From NCBI GenBank assembly GCA_964270895.1, contig OZ185438.1: a stretch of DNA of 64,000 bases. One strand, 5' to 3'. The DNA comes from Podarcis filfolensis. Its lineage: Eukaryota. Numbering within the stretch: the stretch's first letter is position 1; each line of letters opens with the position of its first letter. Below, one piece after another: positions 1-11,809 of this stretch. A model generated the notes under the pieces. It saw only the letters and a program-made list of their open reading frames with translations. It ran no database searches and had not been told where the DNA came from. The position numbers and the translations under genes were made by a program.

Positions 1-579
1 ATGTATTTGACTGTGAGACCAGTGCATGCACAATTCACACAGGAGTAATCCCAGTAGTTTCAGGGAAATTACATCAGTGGGTTGTCCCTATGTTTGACAG
101 ATTTGAAAAACAGTTTGTGATTCAAGCAGGAAGGAAACTGTCTGCCCTCCTTATTTCCTTTAAAAGTTATTTAGTCTCTCTGCTGATAGAACTAGGCGCT
201 ATTTTTGTATCAAGAAGAGATGAATGAAGAGTAGGACTCAGTTGAACTTTTTATAACCTCACTTACCTGGAAATAGGCCTTGTTGAATTCAATGGGACTT
301 ACATGTGAGTAGAAGATTGCACTGTGAACACCCTTGTTTAGCAATTATCTTAGGAGGCGGTATAATTGCTGTTACACATGTTAATATATTTTGTAAATTT
401 ATTAACCATTTTCCCATTAAAGTAAGTTTTCAAATAAATGTAAACGAGATTTAAAAAACATACACGATAAAACCACAAAAATATTACAATTATACAACTG
501 AACAGTAGCAAAATGGTTCATTTAGCAGCCACACAAAGGTCTTGTGCGTAGCAATATTTTCATCCAGAAGTGTAAAGGA

Positions 580-1618
580 AGCAAGACATTGCTCAATGGA
601 TCTTCAGAGACAGGGAATTCCTTTGTTATCCTGGAAAAATGTTACAAGTGGGGTGCCTCAGGGTTCTGTCCTGGGCTCACTGTTGTTCAACACCCTTATA
701 AACTTTCTCAAAAGTAACTCATGCCAGACCAATCTGATTTCTTTTTTCGATGGAATTACAAACTTGGTGGATCAGGGAAATGCTGTGGACATAGTGTATC
801 TTGATTTCAGCAAGGCTTTTGACAAAAGTCCCCAATTATATTCTCACAAGGAAGCTGGTAAAATGTGGGCTGAATGAGGTAACTGGTTCTACACTTGGGC
901 AGAAAGAACTAGCTGCACAAATATAAGATGGAGGACACCCAGTAGTACATGTGAAACGGATCTAAGGCTCTTTGTAGACCACAAGCTTAACATGAGTCAA
1001 CAGTGTGATGCAGCAACAAAAAGCTAATACTATTCTCGACTGCATCAACAGGAGTATAGTGTCCCAGTCAAATGAAGTAATAGTACCACACTATTCTTCC
1101 TTGGTCAGATTCCACCTGGAGTACTGTGTCCAGCTCTGGACACCACAGCTTAGGAAGGATATTGACAAGCTGGAACATATGCAGGAGGGGGCGATCAGGA
1201 TGATAACAGGCCTGGCAACTAAGCCTTATGAGGAACGGTTGTGGGAATTGGGTATGTTTAGCCTGGAAAAGAGGAGACTGAGAGGAGTTATGAAAGCCAT
1301 CTTCAACTATCTCAAGGGTTGTCAAATGGAAGATGGAGCAAGCTTGTTTTCTTCTGCTCCACAGGATAGGGCCTGAACCAATGGGTTCAAATTACAAGAA
1401 AGGAGATTGCAACTAAACCTTAGGAAGAACTTTCTGATGGTAAGAGGTGCTAGAAAGTGGAACAGACTCCCATGAGAGTCTCTCCTTCCTTGGAGATTTT
1501 TAAGCAGAGGTTGGATGGCCACCTGTCATGTATGCTTTAGTTGAGATTCCTGAATTCCAGGGTCTTGGACTAGATCACCCTTGGAATCCCTTCCAACTCT
1601 ACAATTCTATGATTCTAT
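580..1618 (+). mobile_element. CR1 LINE 3' fragment (RT region to 3' end), rearranged and internally deleted
   Basis: Translates to CR1 RT motifs (VTSGVPQGSVLG, SCQTNLISFFD, VYLDFSKAFDK, HLEYCVQLW, FSLEKRRLRG). Ends in the CR1 3' terminus TTCCAACTCTACAATTCTATGATTCTAT. Confidence 0.92.
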
Positions 1619-1899
1619 TATTCTTACTTGCCTAGAGGTTGGAGATATATGTGTAGAAGCCTCTGACTTTTATGTGGGTGGAATGTAGCTCACTGTACAA
1701 AGGTAAGAGTCTCATCCGTGCAACCCAGGTATCCTTAGGCAACCCAATTGATTTCATAAATTGGCACCTTGTTATGCAAATTGACTTGAACATTTCAAAA
1801 TGGATTGTAAAACTCACTGCAGAGGAAGCTCAGGAAACTGAAAGAACAACATTATGAAATGGAAACTGTAGCAAACTGGTAGGTGTTCAATATGATTCT

Positions 1900-2230
1900 T
1901 CATTTCATTTCTATAACGCTTTACCTTTTTAAGAAAAAAACCTCAAAGTGGCTTACAACCTACATTAAAGCATCAAATAAAACAATTCAGAATAACACAC
2001 ATAGTTTACAGGAAACTAAAATATTATGTTAAAGATTTCAAAATAAAACATTACAAAAGGTCAACTACAGAATGCACATTTAACACAGCAAAGTTTAAAA
2101 AAAACTTAAACATTTCAAAAGAAAACATTATTAAAGGAAGTCCAATATAAAATGCACATTAAAAACAGCATAAGTAGCAGACAATTTTTTTTTACCATAA
2201 TAAGCATAGAAGACATCAAGAGTCAGGGCC
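1900..2230 (-). mobile_element. Degenerate LINE (L2-like) 3' end
   Basis: TTTCTATAACGCTTTACC...CTCAAAGTGGCTTACAA followed by an A-rich tract resembles reversed squamate L2-type 3' ends. Pattern recognition only. Confidence 0.4.
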
Positions 2231-3691
2231 AGATCAAGTAGTACCTCCCAGCTGCAATCTTGATCTCAGGAAAGCTGAATGAACAGTCATGTTAATATCA
2301 GATTACATCCCAAGTCTAGTCCAAATCTGGTTTAAAGGTAAAGAATGATAAGAAGGGTGAGAGAGCAAGGGCCTTGGAAGTTGCCCATCAAGGCTTTGCA
2401 CATGGATAGCAGACCGAACAGGCACACAGGTCATCTGTAGTGAGGGGTATTGTATTTCTATTTAAATTATAGTATATTGTTTCTACATTTACATAGACTT
2501 ACAGAACGTTATGCAAATTTGTATCTCTTTCCCTTGGTGATGCTTTTTTTGTGATGTGTTAGCAGCCTCCCTATTAGATGCTTGTGATTTATATGGAACA
2601 ATAGGCTGGCTCAGAAAAAGGCTGTTTACATGGCTGGGAATTAATGTCGGCTGCTACCTCCCTTAATAAACACTCAGGAATTATTATTTTCCTGCTCTTT
2701 ATGAGAGGAAAATGGGATTTAATTTAAATATCTGGCAACAAATAAGGCTCAAGTTATTACTTTGCCGAGATCCTGTCTTGGAGATGTAGCGACTAAAAGC
2801 TGAAAGATATCCAGAATGTGAGCAGTGGTTTGAAGACTCACTTAAAAACAAGCATCACGGGCCTTCAGGCTAGCCAAGGACCCCACAAGGAAGACATTAA
2901 TCATCCCTCTTTCCTCTGCCAAGACTGATGCTGAGCTGGGATGCCTGAGCAGCAAGAAGAGAATCTGGGAAATCATGTTCCAAACTAGTTCTGCCAGCCA
3001 TTTCTTCTTTGCTGCATGCTCTTATTAAGTCCTAAACTGGAATGACATTTGAAGAGAAACTTGGAGTAAGAGGCATGGAAGGAGTTTTTACAGAAGTATT
3101 TTTAGGACACAAGCTGAAACTTGTGTTTTGCTTGTAAGAACTGAAGCTGTATTTTGTTTCAGAAATATTTATGGTGATTGCAGGAAATGCATGGAGGGAA
3201 TATTTTGATGCTAATATTCCGGTGCAGCGTGCTCATTGGCTTCTAATATTTTTCAGATTTAGGCTCCTTTGGTTGTTTGAGCTGATCCATTACCCTTCAC
3301 CATATTTCCTTCATATATTGATCCGTATGTTTTCCTGAGACGTTTTCAGGCTTTAACCTCGCAGAACCACATAGGAAAGGGCTGCTGTTGTTTTTGAGAT
3401 GGGCAGATCTCACCCACACTTCCGCTTGTCCTGTGCCTAGAAAGCATGGGTCCAAGCGGTTTTCTGCCCCCAAGCCACCAGGGTTGATTCCATTATCTTA
3501 CCAAAACCCTCAAATCATCTGAGTGTCGGCCGTGCAAGTGCAGCAAACTGATAATATATCAAGGTCAAACCAAAAGACATAGCAGTGCAGATTGAGAGAA
3601 AAATGAACTGATTTGAAAGAAATTCAGAGAAAAGAAGGTAGTTAAAAATCTGTCTTAAAAGCATAAAAACAAAAAAGGTAAGATTTATTGA

Positions 3692-4284
3692 TGTGATGGA
3701 CTGGCTAGACACAGAGGAATGGTGGGAGGCACAAGTGGGGGAACCCTAATGGAAGAAGACTCAGAGCCCAGAGATTGGTGGTGGGAAAATGATGAGTGGT
3801 CAGAAGGAGAAGAGGGAGGATACTCAGAGGAGGAAGTGTTGGAAGCTGAAGAGTGAGCATGAAGAGTCTGTGGCAGAGAGAAGTCCAGAATAAGAATCAG
3901 AAGTGGAGGCAGGAGAGAAGGGAGGCTAAGAGGCAGAGATGAGTCAGACTGGTGAAGAAGCCAGGATGTCTCCCCATCCTGCTGTGACAAGCTCTTCTCT
4001 CCCCAGTCTCCCAGGACCAGGAGAAGTATGAAGTGGGAGAAGCAAAGACAGGCACACTGCTGTAGCCTCTGATTGCTTGGGAAGGACACAGCAGAGGAGG
4101 AGACTAAGATAGCTATGGGAAGACGGGGACCCTCAGTCTCCACAAGTGCCTCGGAGGCGGGAGACCTACTAAGAAGAGTTGCTGTGCTCATTAGGCCTGG
4201 CACTCCTGAGCAGACCTTGTTTCTTCTGATAAATAGTTAACTTCACTTACTTTGTGTGATTTATTGCTGGCTGGCTCCATGACA
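3692..4284 (+). mobile_element. Probable solo LTR (~593 bp, GA-rich)
   Basis: Termini TGTGA...TGACA (TG..CA). Purine-rich body, GATAAA near the 3' end. No target-site duplication found. Confidence 0.55.
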
Positions 4285-6137
4285 CTTACTCAAATGTATT
4301 TCTACTCTGCTTGACTGATAATAAGATACCTGGTAGGAATCTCATGTTATTCAAAGAGTCTTTCTCTTTTAAGTTACTTCAAAGGATTTAAATGGTGGGC
4401 ACAGACGGGAGTGGAAGATGGCTGAAATCCATTGCTCCTAAGCACATTAGTCCAAGAACAAAGAAGCAGGAAGAAAACAGGAAACATGGTCAGCCAGTTC
4501 TAAATGGGAGTGGGAGCTCTCTTGAATTTCCGGGGTCCTGCCTTTAACAGAGCAAAGCAGTCTGGTAGGAAGAAGGGATGGCCAAACCCTACTGAGTATT
4601 GGGCTGATCCGTATCTAACAAGCTAGACAATGCCAGGCTTTATAGCAGCCAATCAGAAAATCTGACCTCTCTAAGCCTCATGCAAAGGAAGGAAAATCTT
4701 GGACTAAGCTCTCTCAAGTGTTGAACGATTAATTAGTCTGAGGACAGATATAGTGATGCTTCACACCCTATGGGGCAGCCTGACAGGAATTAGGAAATTC
4801 CTTTCAAGTGTTTACGGGCCACTCAGGCTGTCAAGCAGCTACATCTGGGGAGGAACTGGGAGGGAAGTAAGGAGGCTTCTGTTGTGGTGTAATGACAGTC
4901 ACTGATTCCATATCGGAGTCTGTACCGTAAGCCTTGCAGCAAAAAGAAAAGGGGAACATTTTTCCTTTTCGAAAATGGAAACTGGTATGGTTATGCTGTC
5001 ACAGCCTTAGAAATCTGGCCAGCTTAAGCCACCCTTGCCCCAGGAAGTGCAGTGAAATGGTTTTGCAAATGGACCTTGAGCATTGGTTGGGAGTGGATAT
5101 GATAATCAGAATGGATCTTGAGTGATATTAAGATATAATGTAATCAATTGCTGATTAGATATACCCGGACAGGTGAGAGGCACATACTTGTAAATGACTG
5201 GCTAGCACAGAGGTCTGTGATTACATCTCCATTTGATGATTAATATTCATTGTTTTAATAACAATGAGATGCATAGCTACAACAGGTGATAGGCACCTAC
5301 TTTTCTGTGTTTGCTCTGAGCCTTTCAAAAGGGAGAGAATGGTTTGTAAAAGAAAGGATTTATCAGAGTCTGGGAACCAGTCCTGGGAGTTTTTTCCCCT
5401 GGGCATCTACAATCCCTCAACTATTCCTTTGGTATATCCAAGGTATACCCTGTGGATGATCTACAATGTAAAAGAGTTTTCAAGTTTGTTTTGATGCCAT
5501 GTGAATGACTGCATACAAGACTTAGTATCTGTGCATGTAGTTGTCTTAGAAGACAACACTTTATATTTGGTAACTGTTTTTAAAATTTTCAATAAATTTG
5601 TAAAACAAACAAACTATGGCTGTGTATGCTATATCTTTAAAACACACCCTAACAAAACACACACACTCACCCAAAATCTTGGGAACTGTAGTTTGTTATG
5701 GGTGCTGGGAATGGTAGCTCTGATGGGGTAAGCTACAGTTCCCAGGATTCTTTGGGGGTGCTTTGAATGTGCTTTATAGTTATAGCGTATATGCAGGCAA
5801 TGTTAAGAGAAAGCTAAGTGAAAAAAACTATGTGATCAGCTCCTGTGGTTGGATCTTTTAAATGTTATCCCAGTGACACAGGATTTGCTCACAGAATAGA
5901 GGCCTTCACATGGCTCAGGTCACGTTTCAAAGGCCCCATGTTGTTATAATACCCAATGAAAATTGGTTGTGTGTTATGGTTCAATAAGTCTTCCCAGACT
6001 ATCACTCCCCACATACAACTAGTGCAGCAAAATCCACTGTGCTGTTTCTCTGTTTCAGATAAATGTCATGATAGGAGTTAGTAACAACTGTGGTATATTG
6101 GAGTATTACATTTTAATTGTGATTTTATTTTTTTCAG

Positions 6138-6244
6138 GAATTTCAGAGAGCTCAAACCTGGAGCTGATAACACTGACATGCACTTGTGTGGCAGCAACAC
6201 TCTTCTGGCTTCTGTTAACACTCTTCATCCGTAAGCTTAAAAAG
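6138..6244 (+). CDS. FLT1: VEGFR1 exon 16-equivalent, transmembrane domain (GISESSNLELITLTCTCVAATLFWLLLTLFIRKLKK)
   Basis: tttcag| acceptor and |gtgagg donor, 107 nt. Peptide matches the VEGFR1 TM segment. Confidence 0.97.
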
Positions 6245-6846
6245 GTGAGGCCAAAGGCACTGGCACTGAAGCCTCTTCTGGTTTTCCAAATGGGATATGC
6301 CTTTTTGTGTTATGTTCCCCCCCAAATAACAGCTATTTTGGGACTGGCACCCCCAGCACTCTCTCAAAATTCTAAATGTGCCCGTTGCTCTCAAAAGGTT
6401 GCCAACCCCTGTCTTAAGATGCAACAATACCCTTAACTGTTTCTGTGGCCACACAACTGCTCTCCTTTCTGTTTTTGAAAGACGTGGATTTCTGCCAGTT
6501 GTCATACTTCATCACAGGTAGAAATCCAGACTGACATGGCATTCCACTGGAAACAGCCACCTGACAGTGGATGGACCTGACAGTGTCCCTTTATCCAAAG
6601 CCTGGCTTATGGGGGTGAAATAATTTCAAAACTATCAATGTTATAAATATGTTACTTCAAATTGTGCTTCATTTTTACTCAAAGTAAGATAAATCTTCAA
6701 TGCTGATTTCTGTTGGCTTGAGGGAGATTCTGAGCTAGATAACAGCTTATATGCACTAATTTTAGCTGCACTGAAAGACAATTCAAGTCGTCCCATTAAC
6801 ACAGGAAAAAACCTTTTCCCTTTGTCCCTGAATCATAGATAGGCAG

Positions 6847-6933
6847 GCTGACCCTGTGCACATGTACTCAGAAGTAAATCTCTCCAAGTTTGAGAAGGCT
6901 TGTTCCCATGTATGTATGCATCGGATTGCAGCC
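6847..6933. mobile_element. Short palindromic MITE-like repeat (~90 bp; GCTGCAATCCT...AGGATTGCAGC family)
   Basis: Imperfect inverted ends. Related copies at ~9785-9868 and 26249-26333. Confidence 0.5.
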
Positions 6934-7590
6934 TTAATCCTTCTAACAGCCTAATGAGTCTAAATTACTTGCTAGGCATCACTATGGGGAAATAATATTG
7001 CGTAGGCAAGAGCCTACAGGGAAATATGAATTCTTGAACATTTGAAAAATGTGTACACAAAATGTTACTGGTGAATACTTTGCAGATTACATCTCAGTCT
7101 TGCACAACTTTCAAACCGCATTTGGCGACTTTTTTTAAGCAACAAGCATTGACAGCTGAACTCATCTGTTGCATATGCCAGTATTTTCTTTTGTACAGTT
7201 GTCTGCCAAAGCTATTTTTAGAGGTTGTAGTTAGTCATTTTTCTGAAAATACACTCAACTGAAAGTACAGACTGGAATCTCTATCACATGGCAATTATTT
7301 GAGGAGGTCTTCATATGGATTTAATTGACGAAATCAAGCATGCAATACAGTATATATATGAGAGAAGGTGGTGGAAATATCACCAGAATGAAAAAAAAAT
7401 ACATGGCAATGTTAAAATGAAGCATCTTTAACAGATTGTACATTGGAGCATGAAATGTGTATCCATATGGCAAGAGGTGCAGCAGTCATATCCAATTAAC
7501 CAATCACCTTCCTGACCAAAGCCAGGAGAACTTACTCAGGATGGCTGTGCATTTTGTAGTGACTTGGGGATCTTTAACATTATTTTCCAG

Positions 7591-7726
7591 CCTTATTCTT
7601 CCGAAATAAAGACAGATTATTTATCGATCATAATGGATCCTGAAGAAGTCCCCTTAGATGAACAATGTGAACGACTTCCTTATGAGGCCAGCAAATGGGA
7701 GTTCGCCCGGGAAAGGCTCAAACTGG
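7591..7726 (+). CDS. FLT1: VEGFR1 exon 17-equivalent, juxtamembrane ([46 protein letters not shown])
   Basis: ttccag| acceptor and |gtaatc donor, 136 nt, in frame with flanking exons. Confidence 0.97.
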
Positions 7727-7845
7727 GTAATCATGTGCTTCTTTCTCTACTATTGCATGCGATTCTGGGTTGGTAATAACAAAATGTGGGTTTCAACCAG
7801 CCTTCCGCAACCTAGTGCCCTCCAGATGTTGCTCGACTGCAGCTC

Positions 7846-8077
7846 ATGGAGGATAAGGCTATTTGTGGCTACTAACCATGATGTCTATGTTTTCTCTCCA
7901 CTGCCAGAGGCAATACGTCTTTGATCACCAGTTGCTGAGAATTGCAGTTGTGCAGAGTTCTGTTGCACTCAAGTCCTGCTTGTGGGCTTTCCATAGCATC
8001 TGCTGGGCAACTCTGAGAACAGGATGTTGCAGTAGATGGGCCATTGGCGTGATCTAGCAGGCTCTTCTTATATCCTT
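7846..8077 (+). mobile_element. CR1 LINE 3' end fragment
   Basis: ATGGAGGATAAGGCTAT...GAGAACAGGATG...GCTCTTCTTAT matches the squamate CR1 3' terminus pattern. Confidence 0.7.
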
Positions 8078-8610
8078 GCATTAACTGCAGATTAATGCTG
8101 CAAAGCAGCTTTTATTTATCAACTTTTTTTTCCTGTTAATGGGTACTGTTTTTATTTCGGAAAACAAGATTATGCCCCTTAATTGTTACTGTTGCCCTCT
8201 GGTTCTGAAATGGAATTGCTTTAAAAATAACTCTCAGTTCAATTGTTGCTATCTGGCCTCTGCAGAAGTATTTAGAATCCAGATGTAGGGATCACAGCAT
8301 CTGCACAATTCATCCCTTTGAGGGGGCAGAACTAAACTGAGCGTCACTGTTTCATAACTGATTTGTAGGTTAACTATTTTCCTCCAAGGGATGCATTCAC
8401 AAGTGTTGAAGAATTGTTGTGTAACAGGAATTACTATCTGTTTCCTTCTGGGTATCAGACACCCATGGACTAAAAACCCTGGAAGCAGTTAGACAAACCT
8501 GTGCCCTGGCCTCCAAATGTGAAAGGGAATCAGTCCAGACAGTGATGTCACTATGACATCAAGTGACTGGCAGGTGGGTGGCCCTGCCCACCTGTCATAT
8601 TTGGTGCCCC

Positions 8611-8906
8611 AGGTCGGCGGTTCAAATCCCCGCAACAGGGTGAGCTGTTGCTCGGTCCCTGCTCCTGCCCACCTAGCAGTTCAAAAGCACATCAAAGTGA
8701 AGTAGATAAATAGGTACTGCTCCGGCGGGAAGGTAAACGGCGTTTCCGTGCGCTGCTCTGGTTCACCAGAAGCGGCTTAGTCATGCTGGCCACATGACCC
8801 GGAAGCTGTACGCTGGCTCCCTCGGCCAATAAAGCGAGATGAGTGCCGCAACCCCAGAGTTGGCCACGACTGGACCTAATGGTCAGGGGTCCCTTTACCT
8901 TCACCT
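8611..8906 (+). mobile_element. Sauria SINE, 5'-truncated
   Basis: B-box-like GGTTCAAATCCC, body CTCCTGCCCACCTAGCAGTTC, tail GGGGTCCCTTTACCTTCACCT. Near-identical to the copy at 15476. Confidence 0.9.
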
Positions 8907-8945
8907 GTTTATAAGGAAGTAAGTCCCATTCAATTTGATGGGTCT

Positions 8946-9118
8946 TAACATAAGAACATCCAGGCCCATCAAATCCAGCAACCTGTTCTTACAGTGACCA
9001 ACCCGATGCCTATAGGAAGCCTGCAAGCAGGACCTGAGCGCAAGAGCACTTTCTCCTCCTTCTGTTTACAGCAGCAACTGATATTCAAAAGCATACTGCC
9101 TCTGACCGTGGAGGCAGA
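8946..9118 (-). mobile_element. CR1 LINE 3' end fragment
   Basis: Reverse complement of the CR1 terminus seen at 7846-8077 (AACATAAGAACA...GCATACTGCCTCTGACCGTGGAGGCAG). Confidence 0.75.
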
Positions 9119-9950
9119 CCTCTTTGTCTTGCTCGTAAGTAAGCATGTTCCTGTTTGACTGTAGCCCAACATGTTTTTAAAGGGTACATCTCAGCCATGC
9201 AAAGTGTGAAGAGAGCAAACGTGTTTTCTAACACATGCCTGTGTACCAGAGAGATGTACTTGCCAGGGACCCCTCCTTGACTATAGCTCCCTGTCCAGCC
9301 TACACTTGTTGGCAAACCAGGTACTTGGAGCATGCAATATGGAATTCCTCTCCTTGGCAGGAACTAGTTAATTCAGCTCCTTAAGTTTTATCTTGCATGT
9401 AAGAGCTGAGGCACAAATCTGGAGTGGGAGCAGTGTAACTCTGTGTGTGGAGGGGGGTGGGGGAATGGCATAAACAAGGAAAGAATGCTGTGATCATGAA
9501 TGAAAACCAGATTCTGAAAAGTTGGCTGGGTGCAGCCTGTTTGCTAAATCATCTCCTGCACAAGTCCCAGTTACGTGGAAGTCAGTCCAACCTCTCATTG
9601 ACCTTGGCAGCTCGTATTGCTATTATCTTGTAAATACAACGTGTTCTTGTTTAGTTGTTGGAAGTTTTTTTTTAGTCTCACACATATTTTCTTTCTACAC
9701 TTTCCACCTTTTCTTTATCAGGCCTATTAATTGTAATGCATAGCTATAAATTGTGAACCAGACAAGTGTATTAATTTGTAATGTTGCTAACAGCACCTTA
9801 CTCAAATAAGTTCCACTGATGAGCTCACTGGGACATACTCCCAGGAATGCGTATTTAGGATTGCAGCCTAGTCTTAGTTCAGTAACTGCCCGGGGCTGAG
9901 GGTAAGCGGGGTGAGCCTGACTTCCAGACATTCATTCCCAGATGATGAAT

Positions 9951-10093
9951 CACAGAATCATGGATTCAGAATTGTAGAGTTAGAAGGCACCATGAGGGTC
10001 ATCTAGTCCAACCCCCTGCGATGTAGGAATCTTTTGCCCAATATGGGGCTCAAACTCACAACTTTGAGATTAAGAGTCTACCAACTGAGCTAT
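9951..10093 (-). mobile_element. Short SINE with tRNA-derived head and CR1-derived tail
   Basis: The minus strand begins ATAGCTCAGTTGGTAGA...CTCTTAATCTC (tRNA-Lys-like, internally deleted). It ends GGACTAGATGACC...CTAACTCTACAATTCTG, like the CR1 end at ~1570-1618. Confidence 0.75.
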
Positions 10094-10869
10094 GTGAAAT
10101 AACATGTGAAGTAGCCAGTGGATTGTGCCCAGTCCCACCCTCCATGAATTGATGTGAAGTTCTCAATAGAGTCTACGTATGAGCATAGATTCTATTCAGA
10201 CCTCCAGAGGTGAACACATGGAAGTTGGGAGCAGGGTCAGTGAGCAAGATCTCCTTCCTTCTCCCAATGTTCATTAACCATGGATCCTAAAAGTCTGCAT
10301 AGAGCTAGCTACTGTCTAAATCATCTTGTGCTCCTCTCATCCATTGATTCACATGACTGATTAAATTTCCTTAGGGTCTATATTTACAACTTCTTATACT
10401 GATGGCATTGTAGAAATGCTAATGATTAAGTGAGGTATGTAAATGCCTTGAATGAAAGGTTGGATTTTATACCTTTTTAATGGTCATAGCTTCTCTCAAA
10501 GAACATGAGGAATTATAATTTGGCAAGGATACTGAGAATTCTTTAATAGAGATTCCTCTATTAAACCCTCCTTTGGAGGAAGAGTGAGGTATAAATTCAA
10601 TAAATAAGAACAAGAATTATTCACAGAACTACAGTTTATTAATACCCTAGAATGAATACCCAAGAACAGTTTCTTATACTATAGTTCTAAAACTATGGCA
10701 GTTTGTGAATAGGAGATAAGGAGTGGATGAACAATAAAACAATAAATAATCTTAAAAGAGAAGTGACAGTCACTACATCTTAAGTAGTGGGATTAATTAT
10801 TACTCAAAGCTTGATTAAAAATGACCAGATATTAACCTGGCACTGAAATTAAAACAAGATTTGCATCTG

Positions 10870-11660
10870 GCAGATCTGAGAGTGGAGGGCATTGCCCAAG
10901 TGGTACAGCATTACAGAGAAGGGCCCTTCGTACATACCCCATAGTGTGGAACATCCAAAGATGGAGGACCTCTCCAGAAGATGTTTGTGATCAGACAGGA
11001 CACCGAAAGAAGTGCTTCTTCATTTAGGGCTCTATAGGCCATCACCAATATCTTGAATGCAGTTCAGAAACTTACTGGAAGCCTGTGCGGTTTCTTAAGA
11101 ACCAGTGTCCTATGGCTGCAGTTCAGTGCTCCACTTAAGAGTTTAGCAGCTGCAGTTTTGAAGTTGTCTTCAAGGACATCTTCAGAGCATGAATTAACAT
11201 GGCCAGGTTATCTGTATCCAGGGATGAACATGGCTCATGAGGCAACTGAAGTTGGCCAAAGACACTGTCAGCCACTAAAAACAACAGGGTCTCCAGTGAC
11301 AAGTTTGGACCCAAAGTTATGAATCAACTCCTTCAATGGGAGGGCAACCCCCTTCTAGAGCAGGCAGTTTCCCCAATTCCTGGACTCATGAACCACCAAC
11401 CCACAGTGCCTTGGTTGGGTAGGGATTCACTCTCAGTTTGTTCTCAAGCATCCAACCCATTACAGAAGTAGAAATAATGGTGGAATAACTGTATTACTGT
11501 GCCTCCAACTATCATTCCACAGAGTCACTGCTGTAGTATACCATGGTCAATGGTACTGAATGCTGCTGAGAGGCCACCACCCTCTCTGTCACAAGGGGAC
11601 ATTAGCCACTGGTTGGAAACTTCTACAGTTTGTTTCAGGAAAGGGTCATCCACAGCCTCC
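10870..11660 (-). mobile_element. Degenerate L2 LINE fragments
   Basis: ACCATGGTCAATGGTACTGAATGCTGCTGAGAGG is the reverse of an LSAAFxTIDHG RT motif. TTTAGGGCTCTATAGGCCATCACCAATATCTTGAAT resembles an L2 3' coding region. Confidence 0.6.
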
Positions 11661-11809
11661 CCTTGGTTCAACATTATATCATAGACCCCTATCACAACAT
11701 TATTTTAATTTCTTCATTTCTTTTTATCCATTTCCTATTTGCAGTGCTACCATGATCACTGTTCTTATGTGCAGGGGTGCACTTTGTTGATGTTCCCTTT
11801 CTGTTTCAG

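Noticed and set aside
3685-4203. 172-aa Ser/Leu/Pro-rich ORF on -
   Set aside because: Antisense to a GA-rich LTR-like element. The composition explains the lack of stops.
1-6137. FLT1 exon 15 or an sFLT1-type terminal exon
   Set aside because: No Ig-domain-7 coding sequence found, so exon 15 lies upstream of the window. The several AATAAA here are expected in AT-rich intron.
6068-6436. 122-aa ORF spanning the TM exon
   Set aside because: Exon 16 plus chance open intronic flanks. Canonical splice sites delimit the real exon.
9951-10093. tRNA-Lys-like sequence
   Set aside because: Internally deleted and fused to a CR1 tail, so it is a SINE head rather than a tRNA gene. The same applies to the other SINE heads.
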